Below are positions 20,114 through 28,586 of a stretch of 64,000 nt of DNA, piece by piece. Source of the DNA: an uncultured Candidatus Saccharibacteria bacterium (GTDB lineage: Bacteria > Patescibacteriota > UBA1384 > JACPKC01). The translations under genes and the position numbers were made by a program. The notes beneath the pieces are model-generated. The model saw only the letters and a program-made list of their open reading frames with translations, was not told the DNA's origin and made no database searches. The stretch spans positions 24,156 to 88,155 of the forward strand of contig CAYRGD010000001.1 in the NCBI GenBank assembly GCA_964423885.1, read 5' to 3'. Each line of letters opens with the position of its first letter. Position 1 is the first letter of the stretch.

Positions 20114-21792
20114 CCTGGTACCTGCCTGCGCTCCGGGCCGCGGTCGCGGACGCGCTCGGGCCGTCGTTCACGGTGACCGACGACGTACCGGCTACCAAGC
20201 CGGCCTGGCTCGCCATTCCATGCTTTGCCGACGCGAAGCAGCGGGGCGTGACGCCGGCTGAAGCCGCCGCTGCCGTTGCCGACAGGCTGCGGCAGGCGTT
20301 CCCAGACCTCACCGTCGAGACGGAAGGGGGGTTCGTGAATCTCCGACCCGGCCCGAACGCCTTGGCGGCGGTGCTTACCGAGGCGCAGCAGCGCGCATAC
20401 GGAGCAAACGACCTGCACCGCGGCAAGACCGTAGTCGTCGAGTTCTCGGCGCCCAATATCGCCAAGCCGATGGGCGTCGGCCACCTGCGCAGCACGGTCA
20501 TCGGCGACGCGTTGCAGCGGCTCTACGCGACGCAAGGATATGCTGTCCATGCGGTGAACCACCTGGGCGATTGGGGAACCGGCTTCGGCAACCTGATGGC
20601 CGCGTACCAGCGCCAGTACGGCGACCTCGTCCCTCGGCCCGAGATCACGATCACCGACCTATTAGCGCTCTACGTCGGGTTCAACGCCCAACTGGAGCAG
20701 GACGATTCCTTGCGCACGCTCGGCAGGGACCTGTTCGCCCGGCTCGAGCAGGGCGACCCGGCCGTGGTGGCACTGTGGCAGGCGTTCGTCTCCCTGTCGC
20801 TTGATGAGTTCCGCGGGATGTACGGGCGGCTCCATATCACGTTCGACGACCCCGACGCAGGGGAAAGCCGGTACCAGCCGTTGGTCGCGCCGCTCGTCGA
20901 GCGGGCACTGGCCGACGGAACCGCCCGGGAAAGCGACGGGGCGGTGATCATCCCGATCCCCCACGAACCGGCGCCGCTCCTGCTGCGCAAGGCCGACGGC
21001 AGCACGATCTACGGCGCCCGCGACCTGGCCGCCATCGAGTACCGCCAGGCGCAGTACCATCCCGACGCCATCGTCTACGTCGTCGCCAACGAACAGGCGC
21101 TCCACTTCCGCCAGGTCTTCGCCGCCGCCCGGGCGCTCAAGCTTGTGCCGGATACGACGGAACTGCTCCATGTGAAGTTCGGCTTGGTCCGGACAGCCGA
21201 AGGCAAAATGAGTACCCGCAAGGGCACCTTGGTGGTATTGAACGACCTGCTCGACCAGGCGGTCGCGAAGGCGGGCGAGCTGCTCGGCGACCGTCTTGCC
21301 GACCTGCCGGCAACGGAGCGGGCGGCAACGGCCGAACGGTTGGGCATCGGCGCGGTCAAGTTCCTTGATCTGTCGCACGACCGCCAGCATGACATCGTGT
21401 TCGACTGGGATCGGGCGCTCTCGCTCACGGGCGATAGCGCACCCTATCTCATGTACGCGCACGTGCGGGCGAGTAACATCCTTATGAAACTCGGTGCTGC
21501 GGACAGTACGGTCGCTGGCAACGAGGCGTATCTGCCGCATGCCACGCTTATCCGCCACCTGGCCCGGTACCCGCTCGTTCTCACCCAAGCGACTGCCGAA
21601 CAGGCGCCGCACGTCGTGGCGCAGTACCTGTCGCAATTGGCTGCGCAGTTCAATGGCTTCTACGAACAGTACCCGGTCGCATCGGCGGCAGGGGATGAAC
21701 AGGCTGCACGGGCCCACGTGGTGGCTGCTGTCCGCTCGGTCCTTGCGCACGGACTCGCGATCCTCGGCATCGAGACCGTCGGGTCGATGTAA
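20110..21792 (+). CDS. argS: Arginyl-tRNA synthetase
   Basis: Start MTWYLPAL overlaps the tyrS stop (ATGA). Class-I HIGH variant (PNIAKPMGVGHLRS), anticodon-binding DALR-like C-terminal domain. The track ORF from 19285 is an extension. Confidence 0.85.
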   Translation: MTWYLPALRAAVADALGPSFTVTDDVPATKPAWLAIPCFADAKQRGVTPAEAAAAVADRLRQAFPDLTVETEGGFVNLRPGPNALAAVLTEAQQRAYGANDLHRGKTVVVEFSAPNIAKPMGVGHLRSTVIGDALQRLYATQGYAVHAVNHLGDWGTGFGNLMAAYQRQYGDLVPRPEITITDLLALYVGFNAQLEQDDSLRTLGRDLFARLEQGDPAVVALWQAFVSLSLDEFRGMYGRLHITFDDPDAGESRYQPLVAPLVERALADGTARESDGAVIIPIPHEPAPLLLRKADGSTIYGARDLAAIEYRQAQYHPDAIVYVVANEQALHFRQVFAAARALKLVPDTTELLHVKFGLVRTAEGKMSTRKGTLVVLNDLLDQAVAKAGELLGDRLADLPATERAATAERLGIGAVKFLDLSHDRQHDIVFDWDRALSLTGDSAPYLMYAHVRASNILMKLGAADSTVAGNEAYLPHATLIRHLARYPLVLTQATAEQAPHVVAQYLSQLAAQFNGFYEQYPVASAAGDEQAARAHVVAAVRSVLAHGLAILGIETVGSM

Positions 21793-21793
21793 G

Positions 21794-24055
21794 TTAGAAC
21801 GAGGCTTTGAGCAGCTTGCCGCTTGCCAGGATGTAGGCGGTCTTGTGCGGCTCGTCTACCGCGGCATCGTCGATGTCCGTCAGATCGTCGAACGCATACT
21901 GCCCCGAGAACTGGCCGGATTTGGCGTATGCGAGCATCCGGCCGCCGTCGAGCAGGAACAGGGTGTTGCTGTCGGTAGTGGTCAGGAGCCGTTTGGGCGC
22001 GGTGAGTTCGCTCGTGGGCGCCGGCGCGCCGCCAAGCGCGAAGCTATCGGCCTTGCCGCGGTTGAGGCGGGTGACCGTGCCGTCGCGGCTAAGGACGTAC
22101 ACCTGGCCGTCGATCGCGAGGTCGACGGCGTCGGCTACGTCGGTGCTGTCGGCAAGGTAGGCGTCGGCGGCACCGAACCCGGTCTTGGTCGAGCTGTACT
22201 TCCAGATTTGCGTACCCGCGGTGTCTAGTACGTACAGGTTGCCTAGGAACGCGGCCAGACCGGTACCGGTGCGTGCGGTGCCGCCCGCGTCGACAGCGGT
22301 GAGCGTCCCGTCGGCCGCGACGGTCGCGAGACCTGTGTCGGTCAAGATTGCTGCCGCGTCGTCGAGCGCGGCGACGGCGGCGATGCGCCGGCCGCCCAAG
22401 TCGACTGTGCGCGGGGTACCGCCGCCCAATGGCACGACCGTCAGCGACGTCCCGTTCTTGCCCACGACCGCCGCGTTGTCGCCGAAGACGGCCAGCCGTG
22501 CCGCATCGGGTATCGAGGCGACCTCGGTCAGGTTCGTGAGCCGCGTTGTTTTGGTGAGCGCGTCGAGTTCGCCGGTCGCTTTGGTTTGCAGCTCTGCCGC
22601 CTCGCGTTCGACCACGGTGTTGCGCAGCGCCGGCAGGCCGTCGAGCACGGTCTTGAGCGCCGCTTGCGCCTTATCCGGCTGGTTGAAAACGCGGGCCAGG
22701 CGGGCTTCCTCGAGTTTGTCCGCGAGCGTCTGGAGTTCGACGCCGAGCGTCTGGCGCGACTGCTCGGTCGACCGCTGCCGGGTGATAACCCGCAGGTTGG
22801 AGATGAGAATGACCAGCAGCACCAGTGCGACCAGGCCGAACCCGACCGAGCGCCAATCGATGCGCCGGGCGGCTGAGTTTGTCTGTGCTTTGGCCGCCCC
22901 AAGGAGCCGCCGGTGCCAGGGCTCGGCGGCCGGCGCCGGGGGAGCTGCCGTGTAGTCGGTGATCACAGGGCCGCTGCCGGTAGATTCGGGTTCGTCGGCC
23001 AGGCCGGCGTAGTCACGGATCGCGAACACCGGCTTGCCGATCAGGTTTTCGGGCTCGTCCTTGGCAGGTGGCATTGGCGCGGCAGCGCGGCGTTCTTTCA
23101 GCTGCCGGATGAGATCGGCGGCGGCGGCTTTCCCGGCCCGGGCATGTTTGCCGACTGCGGGTATCACCGTCGTCCGCACGTGGTGCGACTTGGCCTGCGT
23201 CCATGCCTTGGCTTGTTCAAGGAGCGCGGCGGCGTCGAGCTTGGGTGCCGCGGCCACCGTGTCCGAGGCCGACGCGGTACCTGCGCGCTTGGCTGGAACG
23301 ACGTACCGCTTGGCCGTACCGATGAACCGGTCGATCTGGCTGCGCACGCCACCCAATCCGCCGCCGTGGTCGACCACGGCGTCAGGCAGCAGCTCGGCGG
23401 CCGCGTCGATGTAGAGGCAGTTCACCCAGCCGCCCCGCTTGGCGGCAAGGAGCGACGACAGGCCGCTCACCGCTTCGGCGGGCGTGGGCGCAGCCAAGGT
23501 GTGTTCGATCTCGACCGGCGTCAGGAGCTGGGATAGGCCGGAACTGGCGATCAGCAGCCGGTCGGCCGGTTCGACGGTACCGGACAGCACGGTGCCGAAG
23601 ACCTTGCCCGGTGCGGCCGGCGGTTCGTCGCCGTCGAGCATCGGCGAGCCGTGGTCGTCGCGGAGCAGCGTCGCCGTCACCTGGCCCGACGCCGCGATAT
23701 GGACGGCGTCGCCCACCAGCAACACGACCGCCGCGTTCACGTGCCCGATCCAGTCGGTGTTGCCGGTGTGGCTCGCGGCCGTGAGCGTCTCGTTGACGCG
23801 CTTCAAGGCGGTTTCAAAATTCAGCAGCGGGTCGCTCGCGCCGGCGCGGTAGTAGTGGCGGGCGACGGTATTGATGATCGTCTGGCCGACCTGGGCGTTT
23901 GACTGCCACGAGCCCTCAATTTCGACGAGCGCGCAGATCCGGCCCGCCTCGGCGTGTTCCTGTGACGGCGGCTCCTTGATCTGGACCGTCAGGTAGCGGT
24001 CGGACAGCCGGGCGTCCGTACTGATTCGAATCGCGCGCAATCCCTGCGTAGGCAT
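21794..24055 (-). CDS. Membrane protein: N-terminal degenerate PP2C-like (pseudo)phosphatase domain, single TM, coiled coil, extracellular beta-propeller-like domain
   Basis: N-terminus follows the PPM-fold motif order (STDARLSDRYL ~ TDxGxxRxxNED; ICALVEIEGSW in place of the catalytic DGMGG; IAASGQVTATLLRDD; ADRLLIASSGL) but the metal-binding Asp residues are replaced. TM at about aa 395-415, then repeats of the type YVLDTAGTQIWKY / VYVLSRDGTVTRL. Confidence 0.5.
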   Translation of the reverse strand: MPTQGLRAIRISTDARLSDRYLTVQIKEPPSQEHAEAGRICALVEIEGSWQSNAQVGQTIINTVARHYYRAGASDPLLNFETALKRVNETLTAASHTGNTDWIGHVNAAVVLLVGDAVHIAASGQVTATLLRDDHGSPMLDGDEPPAAPGKVFGTVLSGTVEPADRLLIASSGLSQLLTPVEIEHTLAAPTPAEAVSGLSSLLAAKRGGWVNCLYIDAAAELLPDAVVDHGGGLGGVRSQIDRFIGTAKRYVVPAKRAGTASASDTVAAAPKLDAAALLEQAKAWTQAKSHHVRTTVIPAVGKHARAGKAAAADLIRQLKERRAAAPMPPAKDEPENLIGKPVFAIRDYAGLADEPESTGSGPVITDYTAAPPAPAAEPWHRRLLGAAKAQTNSAARRIDWRSVGFGLVALVLLVILISNLRVITRQRSTEQSRQTLGVELQTLADKLEEARLARVFNQPDKAQAALKTVLDGLPALRNTVVEREAAELQTKATGELDALTKTTRLTNLTEVASIPDAARLAVFGDNAAVVGKNGTSLTVVPLGGGTPRTVDLGGRRIAAVAALDDAAAILTDTGLATVAADGTLTAVDAGGTARTGTGLAAFLGNLYVLDTAGTQIWKYSSTKTGFGAADAYLADSTDVADAVDLAIDGQVYVLSRDGTVTRLNRGKADSFALGGAPAPTSELTAPKRLLTTTDSNTLFLLDGGRMLAYAKSGQFSGQYAFDDLTDIDDAAVDEPHKTAYILASGKLLKASF

Positions 24056-24125
24056 ATCGATACCGAAACCCCCTCCCGACGGCTGCAGTCCACCTACCGT
24101 ATCATAAATCGTCCGTTCATGGTTC

Positions 24126-24203
24126 TGGTCGGGGTGGGCGGATTTGAACCGCCGGTCTCCAGACCCCCAGCCTGGCGCATTAGGCCAACTATGCTACACC
24201 CCG
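24126..24203 (-). tRNA. tRNA-Pro (anticodon GGG)
   Basis: Reverse complement folds as CGGGGTG-TA-GCAT-AGTTGGCCTA-ATGC-G-CCAGG-CTGGGGG-TCTGG-AGACC-GGCGG-TTCAAAT-CCGCC-CACCCCG-A-CCA. Cloverleaf with anticodon GGG and an encoded CCA. Confidence 0.85.
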
Positions 24204-24212
24204 TTGCACCGG

Positions 24213-24812
24213 TCATCCTCCCATAATCCGGGCGGCAAGGGTAGAGGCCGCACCCGCGAGCCAGCCGCCGAGCGGCGTCAGTTGCAGGGCCAGCACCGTG
24301 CCGATGAGCAGCATCGGGCCCGACCGCTCAAGGTCGCGGAAGGCGTCCGGCCCGATAATGGGCTGCAACAGTTTCGAGCCGTCGAGCGGCGGAACGGGCA
24401 GCAGGTTAAAGCATGCGAGCGAGACGTTCAGATAGATGAAGAATGCCCCCAACGGCGCGATCCCCGGCACGGCACGGATGACAAGGCCGGCGATGATCGC
24501 CAGTACCAGGTTGCTCGCCGGGCCTGCTAGGGCAACCAGCAGCTCGTCGGTCACCGGCCGCGCGAAGTTGCGAGGGTCGACCGGTACCGGCCGGCCCCAG
24601 CCGAACCCGACGACGAGCAGCATGACGCTGCCGAACGGATCGAGGTGGGCGAGGGGATTGAGGCTCACCCGGCCCAGGTGCCGGGCTGTCGGGTCGCCCA
24701 GCCGGTCGGCGACGAACGCGTGGCAGCATTCGTGGACCGTGACGGCGATCACGAGCGAGGCCAGGAACACCAGAACGGCGAGCGGGTCGCGGAAGGCGTC
24801 GGCAAGGAGCAT
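24213..24812 (-). CDS. Site-2 protease family (M50) zinc metalloprotease
   Basis: HExxH (VHECCHAF) in TM1 and LDG motif (LLPVPPLDGSKLL). Start taken at internal MLLADAF (24812); the track ORF extends to 24941. Confidence 0.8.
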   Translation of the reverse strand: MLLADAFRDPLAVLVFLASLVIAVTVHECCHAFVADRLGDPTARHLGRVSLNPLAHLDPFGSVMLLVVGFGWGRPVPVDPRNFARPVTDELLVALAGPASNLVLAIIAGLVIRAVPGIAPLGAFFIYLNVSLACFNLLPVPPLDGSKLLQPIIGPDAFRDLERSGPMLLIGTVLALQLTPLGGWLAGAASTLAARIMGG

Positions 24813-24818
24813 AGAGGC

Positions 24819-24847
24819 TTGCGGCAAGCGCGGTTTCTCGGTACAGT
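24819..24847 (+). promoter_or_regulatory. Promoter for leaderless rpmB (TTGCGG-N17-TACAGT)
   Basis: -35 TTGCGG at 24819-24824, 17-nt spacer, -10 TACAGT at 24842-24847, and the ATG at 24855 is 7 nt downstream, which implies a leaderless transcript. Confidence 0.45.
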
Positions 24848-24854
24848 ATCGCAC

Positions 24855-25040
24855 ATGCACGTCACCCATCTCAAGCAACCCAAGAACTGGTTCTGCGCGT
24901 TCTGCGGCAAGGGCACGGTTTCGTCGCTCCGCCGCTCGCACTCGTTCCGCGGTACCAAGCGGACCGCCTGGGGCAACCTGCAGCCGTACAAGTACGGCCT
25001 GCGGATCTGCACCCGCTGCAACAAGAAAGCGCCCCGGTAA
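24855..25040 (+). CDS. rpmB: 50S ribosomal protein L28 (zinc-ribbon type)
   Basis: 61 aa: MHVTHLKQPKNWFCAFCGKGTVSSLRRSHSFRGTKRTAWGNLQPYKYGLRICTRCNKKAPR. The L28 pattern G..V...RSH....TKR...NLQ is present, with a C4 zinc ribbon. Confidence 0.65.
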   Translation: MHVTHLKQPKNWFCAFCGKGTVSSLRRSHSFRGTKRTAWGNLQPYKYGLRICTRCNKKAPR

Positions 25041-25074
25041 TCCGAGGCGCTTTTCTTACGCTGCGGTGCTGCGG

Positions 25075-25434
25075 TTAGGCAGCGGCCGCGGTGTCGTCGC
25101 CGGTATCCGGCGTGACCGCTGCGTCAGTCGACGCGGCCGGCTGGGCGCCGTTCCGCTGCGCGACAAAACAGTCGCGGCAGAGGACGTCGTCACGGACCGG
25201 CTGGAAGGGAACTTCCGACTGCTTGCCACAGCTGGCGCAGGTGATCGGATGCATCTTCCGTTCGCCGCCGAAGTTACCGCCGCCGGCTTGCGCCTGCCCG
25301 GCCTTCTTCTTGGCGCGGCAATCCTTGCAGCGGGTGGGAGCACTCAAGCCCTTCTGGGCATAGAAGCTCTGCTCACCGGCGGTCCAGGTAAACGCCTGGC
25401 CGCAGTCGCGACAGGTCAGTTGCTGATCTTGCAT
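25075..25434 (-). CDS. Zinc-ribbon domain protein (two CxxC...CxxC modules)
   Basis: MQDQQLTCRDCGQAFTWTAGEQSFYAQKGLSAPTRCKDCRAKKKA ... ITCASCGKQSEVPFQPVRDDVLCRDCF: a duplicated treble-clef zinc ribbon. Confidence 0.6.
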   Translation of the reverse strand: MQDQQLTCRDCGQAFTWTAGEQSFYAQKGLSAPTRCKDCRAKKKAGQAQAGGGNFGGERKMHPITCASCGKQSEVPFQPVRDDVLCRDCFVAQRNGAQPAASTDAAVTPDTGDDTAAAA

Positions 25435-25526
25435 ACTACCTCGTAGTTGGAACCTTTTATACTGCTCTCAGCGACGACCTAGTTCACGCTGCGAGTTCGG
25501 CACCAGATTACAGGGAAAGGCGCCGG

Positions 25527-25555
25527 TTGTCAATCTGGAAGGCGCCTGCTAGCAT
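25527..25555 (+). promoter_or_regulatory. Promoter for leaderless holB (TTGTCA-N17-TAGCAT)
   Basis: -35 TTGTCA at 25527-25532, 17-nt spacer, -10 TAGCAT at 25550-25555, ATG at 25563. The track's 25527 start is the TTG inside the -35 element and is unlikely to be the real start. Confidence 0.45.
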
Positions 25556-25562
25556 CCGACCC

Positions 25563-26210
25563 ATGATGTTCGACCGCCTCGACCGGGCCATGCAGCCGGG
25601 GACACGCCTGCAGCCGATCCTGGCTGTCGGCGGCGGCGAGCCGCTCTGGCGCGAGGCCGCGGCGCACGTGGCGGCGCACCTGGCAGTGACGCCCGCGGAC
25701 ACCGTCGAGCTCACCGAAGTGCCCTCGATCGCGCTCCTGCGCGAAACGCTCCAGCGGATCCAGCTGAAGCCGCTCCATGGTGCGCGGACGTTGGTCGCTG
25801 CCTTCCATCTCGACCGGTGGTCGCCCGAACTCATGAACACGGCGCTTAAAACTGTCGAGGAACCGCCAGCCCACGCCGCGATCCTGCTTTGCGCTGGTTC
25901 GAGCAGCCCGATCCTGCCCACCATCCTGTCGCGTGTCGGCGTCGTCCGTCTGCCGGCCCAGGCAACGCTCGCCGAGGTACCAGCGGCGCTCGGCGGCAGT
26001 GTCCGCGAGGCCTTCGCCGCCGCCCAGGCGCTCGCCGAGGGTGACGAGCCGCCGGTGTCGCTCATCGGTTCGTGGTCCGCCCAGGCGCCCACGCTGGCGG
26101 CCAAGCGGTCGCTCCTCGAGCTGGCGGCGACCGTCCGCGGTGCGCCGGTCAACAAGCGGCTGGCGCTCGAGACGGCCGCCCTGCTGTGGCGGAACGGGGC
26201 GCGCGCATGA
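25563..26210 (+). CDS. holB: DNA polymerase III delta-prime subunit (short form)
   Basis: Clamp-loader box LKTVEEPPAHAAILLCA and sensor-2-like LPTILSRV; degenerate P-loop ILAVGGGEPLW. Only about 216 aa. Confidence 0.65.
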   Translation: MMFDRLDRAMQPGTRLQPILAVGGGEPLWREAAAHVAAHLAVTPADTVELTEVPSIALLRETLQRIQLKPLHGARTLVAAFHLDRWSPELMNTALKTVEEPPAHAAILLCAGSSSPILPTILSRVGVVRLPAQATLAEVPAALGGSVREAFAAAQALAEGDEPPVSLIGSWSAQAPTLAAKRSLLELAATVRGAPVNKRLALETAALLWRNGARA

Positions 26211-26827
26211 TCGCCGAAATCATCCTGCTTATCGCGATCATCGGCATGTTCGTGATCGTCGCCCGGCGCCTGCCCGAGGCCCTGCGCGAAACCAAGCAGG
26301 GATCAGGCGCTGCCCACGTAGCCCAACCAGCGTCCCCGAAGGCGGCTTGGCGTTGGCCCTGGCAGCGCCGTGCCGACGCGGCACCGGCCCGCACCGCCGC
26401 CGCACCGACACCGGCCATACCCGTTGCCCAACCGGCACCGCCGTCGAACGAGCAGCAGCGCCAGACGCTGTTGTCCGACGAATCGTTCCTGCGCGAGGGC
26501 GACGACTACCTGAAAGCCGGTAAGCTCAAAGAAGCCGAGCGGGCGTACCTGCGCGGCGTCGCCAAGAATCCCAAGAACCCGCGGCTCTACAACCGGCTCG
26601 GCGCGATTTACTTGAAGCAGCGCAACTACCGCGACGCGCTCGAAGCGTTCGAGGCGGCCCGGGACTTCGACGGCTCGAAGGCCTCACGCCACTACAACGT
26701 GGCCTTGGCGGCCTGGCAGTTGGGGAACCTGTCGAAGGCGCGGGACGCGATCAGCCAGGCGATCGCCCTTGATCCCGGTTCGGCCAAGTACGCCGAGCTC
26801 CAAGACCAGATGGGGAAGCCGGCATGA
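26207..26827 (+). CDS. TPR-repeat protein with N-terminal TM anchor
   Basis: Start MIAEIILLIAIIGMFVIVA (ATGA overlap with holB). Three TPR units follow (AYLRGVAKNPKNPRLYNRLGAIYLKQRNYRDALEAFEAA...). Confidence 0.65.
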   Translation: MIAEIILLIAIIGMFVIVARRLPEALRETKQGSGAAHVAQPASPKAAWRWPWQRRADAAPARTAAAPTPAIPVAQPAPPSNEQQRQTLLSDESFLREGDDYLKAGKLKEAERAYLRGVAKNPKNPRLYNRLGAIYLKQRNYRDALEAFEAARDFDGSKASRHYNVALAAWQLGNLSKARDAISQAIALDPGSAKYAELQDQMGKPA

Positions 26828-27018
26828 GCAAGCTGGCCCGCAAACTCCACCCGGTCTTCCTGGTGGCCGCCGCGCTGACGCTTCTGTTGCCGATCGATCT
26901 CATTCCTGACACCATCCCGCTCGTCGGCTGGCTCGACGACCTGGCGGCCGTCGTCGTCCTCATCCAAGAGCTGCTCCGGGTTATCCGCAACCGGCGGTCA
27001 GTGACCGTCAAGGAGTAG
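26824..27018 (+). CDS. DUF1232 (YkvA-like) small membrane protein
   Basis: LLLPIDLIPDTIPLVGWLDDLAAVVV matches the DUF1232 core (IPDFIPxxGxxDD). Confidence 0.6.
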   Translation: MSKLARKLHPVFLVAAALTLLLPIDLIPDTIPLVGWLDDLAAVVVLIQELLRVIRNRRSVTVKE

Positions 27019-27405
27019 CTGGCGGAGCGCAGTCGACAGGTTCGGCAGCGCCAGCAGTTCGGCGCGCGAGGCGTAGCGGACCACGTCGCATTCCTCGGGT
27101 GATTTCGGTGACGGCTCGCCGCCCTCGATCGTGGCGCCGAACCAAGTGAACTCATAGTCCGTGCCGTCTTGGGCGAACGTGATCGAGCCCAGGCTTTCGC
27201 CGACCTCGACGTCGATGCCCAACTCCTCGAACGCCTGCCGCGCCGCGGCTACCTCGGCCGGCTCGTCGTCTTCGAGCGCGCCGCCGGGCAGTTCCCACAC
27301 GTCCGCGCCGGGGCGGTGCATCACCAGGATCCGGCCCTGGCCGTCGGCGATAATGCAGCCTGCGAATCCGTGCGTATCCATGCCGCTACTATAGCAAACC
27401 GCCAT
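26998..27405 (-). CDS. NUDIX hydrolase
   Basis: Nudix box GGALEDDEPAEVAAARQAFEELGI (GX5EX7REUXEEXGU). Alternative start at MDTHG (27381). Confidence 0.8.
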   Translation of the reverse strand: MAVCYSSGMDTHGFAGCIIADGQGRILVMHRPGADVWELPGGALEDDEPAEVAAARQAFEELGIDVEVGESLGSITFAQDGTDYEFTWFGATIEGGEPSPKSPEECDVVRYASRAELLALPNLSTALRQLLLDGH

Positions 27406-27429
27406 TCTTTGCTATACTCCCCGGGTACC

Positions 27430-27504
27430 GCCGCCTTAGCTCAGCGGTAGAGCAGCTGTTTTGTAAACAGCAGGTCGTCGGTTCAAATCCGTCAGGCGGC
27501 TCCA
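27430..27504 (+). tRNA. tRNA-Thr (anticodon TGT)
   Basis: GCCGCCT-TA-GCTC-AGCGGTA-GAGC-A-GCTGT-TTTGTAA-ACAGC-AGGTC-GTCGG-TTCAAAT-CCGTC-AGGCGGC-T-CCA. One U:U mismatch in the T stem (50:64). A TATACT -10 element at 27413-27418 may drive the tRNA operon. Confidence 0.8.
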
Positions 27505-27507
27505 TGC

Positions 27508-27595
27508 GCTGGGGTACCCAAGCGGTCAACGGGGGCAGACTGTAAATCTGCTGGCCTATGCGCCTTCGTAGGTTCGAATCCTACCTCCAGCACCA
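27508..27595 (+). tRNA. tRNA-Tyr (anticodon GTA), class II with long variable arm
   Basis: GCTGGGG-TA-CCC...GGG-G-GCAGA-CTGTAAA-TCTGC-[16-nt variable arm]-GTAGG-TTCGAAT-CCTAC-CTCCAGC-A-CCA. Closely parallels E. coli tRNA-Tyr. Confidence 0.8.
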
Positions 27596-27618
27596 CTACA
27601 GCCGTGAACGGTCCATGC

Positions 27619-27693
27619 GCCCGAGTAGCTCAGGGGTAGAGCAACTCCATGGTAAGGAGTAGGTCAGGGGTTCAAGTCCCCTCTCGGGCTCCA
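27619..27693 (+). tRNA. tRNA-Thr (anticodon GGT)
   Basis: GCCCGAG-TA-GCTC-AGGGGTA-GAGC-A-ACTCC-ATGGTAA-GGAGT-AGGTC-AGGGG-TTCAAGT-CCCCT-CTCGGGC-T-CCA. Confidence 0.85.
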
Positions 27694-27712
27694 ACAGTCG
27701 AAAGGAACAGGT

Positions 27713-27898
27713 ATGGCGAAAAAGGGTAAGGTCCAGAAGTTCCACCTCACTTGCAGCGAATGCGGCGAGCGGAACTACGTGGCCAAGAAGAACACCGTCA
27801 ACGTGACCGGGAAACTGGCGCTGTCCAAGTACTGCGCGCGCTGCCGGCTCCACAAAGCGCACAACGAAACCAAGCTGCCGAACCCGAAGCCGCGCTGA
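27713..27898 (+). CDS. rpmG: 50S ribosomal protein L33
   Basis: MAKKGKVQKFHLTCSECGERNYVAKKNTVNVTGKLALSKYCARCRLHKAHNETK: the L33 family with a C4 zinc ribbon; AAAGGAA ribosome-binding site. Confidence 0.9.
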   Translation: MAKKGKVQKFHLTCSECGERNYVAKKNTVNVTGKLALSKYCARCRLHKAHNETKLPNPKPR

Positions 27899-27929
27899 CG
27901 CACGCCGGTTTGGTATGCTGTGCGGGCAG

Positions 27930-28003
27930 GGGAGCTTGGTGAAGTGGCATCACGACGGTCTCCAAAACCGTGGTCGGGGGTTCGATTCCCTCAGCTCCTG
28001 CCA
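27930..28003 (+). tRNA. tRNA-Trp (anticodon CCA)
   Basis: GGGAGCT-TG-GTGA-AGTGGCA-TCAC-G-ACGGT-CTCCAAA-ACCGT-GGTC-GGGGG-TTCGATT-CCCTC-AGCTCCT-G-CCA. Discriminator G is typical of Trp; the position after rpmG matches the conserved rpmG-tRNA-Trp arrangement. Confidence 0.8.
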
Positions 28004-28026
28004 TCGTTATCGCTGAAAGAGGTCCG

Positions 28027-28548
28027 ATGCCGAGCGAGTTCTGGCTGACACCCGAACAAGCGGCCGCCGAAAGCGGCCGGTCGATGATCGCCATCCGCGC
28101 ACTCATCGAAACCACGCTTGAGCGCGACGGCACCAAGCACCTGTTGCAGGTGTTCGACAGCGCCGATAGCTACGAAACTGGCTATCTGCTCCATCGATCG
28201 CTTGTCACCGGCGCAGGGTTGGGCCAGGCCGACCCGAACGACGTGGTCGAACGGCTCACCGCCCGGATCGAGGAGCTCGAAGGCCAGCTCGAAGTCGAGC
28301 GGTTCCGGTCGGCCTCGCTGACGGCCAAGGCCGAGGCGACGCCCGTGCCGGTTCCAGCTCCCGTACCGGCACCCAAGCCTGTATCTGCCCCCGTAGCAGC
28401 GGCGCGCCCGGCCCCGCCCGCGCCCGAACAGGCGGGCGGGCCGTTCTGGCTCGTACTTGGTTTGATTATACTAATCACGTCCGTGATTATATTGTATATC
28501 CTGATCCGCCAAGGCTACCTGGCGGTATCGCTTGGTAAACCGGCCTGA
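28027..28548 (+). CDS. Hypothetical tail-anchored protein (coiled coil, Pro/Ala-rich linker, C-terminal TM)
   Basis: Start MPSEFWLT with an AAAGAGG ribosome-binding site. ELEGQLEVERFR coiled coil, then PVPVPAPVPAPKPVSAPVAAARPAPPAPE, then WLVLGLIILITSVIILYILI. Confidence 0.55.
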   Translation: MPSEFWLTPEQAAAESGRSMIAIRALIETTLERDGTKHLLQVFDSADSYETGYLLHRSLVTGAGLGQADPNDVVERLTARIEELEGQLEVERFRSASLTAKAEATPVPVPAPVPAPKPVSAPVAAARPAPPAPEQAGGPFWLVLGLIILITSVIILYILIRQGYLAVSLGKPA

Positions 28549-28586
28549 TTTGACGAATAGTCCACGTTCGTGTATAGTGTACGTAC

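Noticed and set aside
24436-25446. 336-aa + ORF spanning the M50 protease, rpmB and zinc-ribbon genes
   Set aside because: Low-complexity Arg/Ser/Ala-rich translation overlapping three better-supported genes on both strands.
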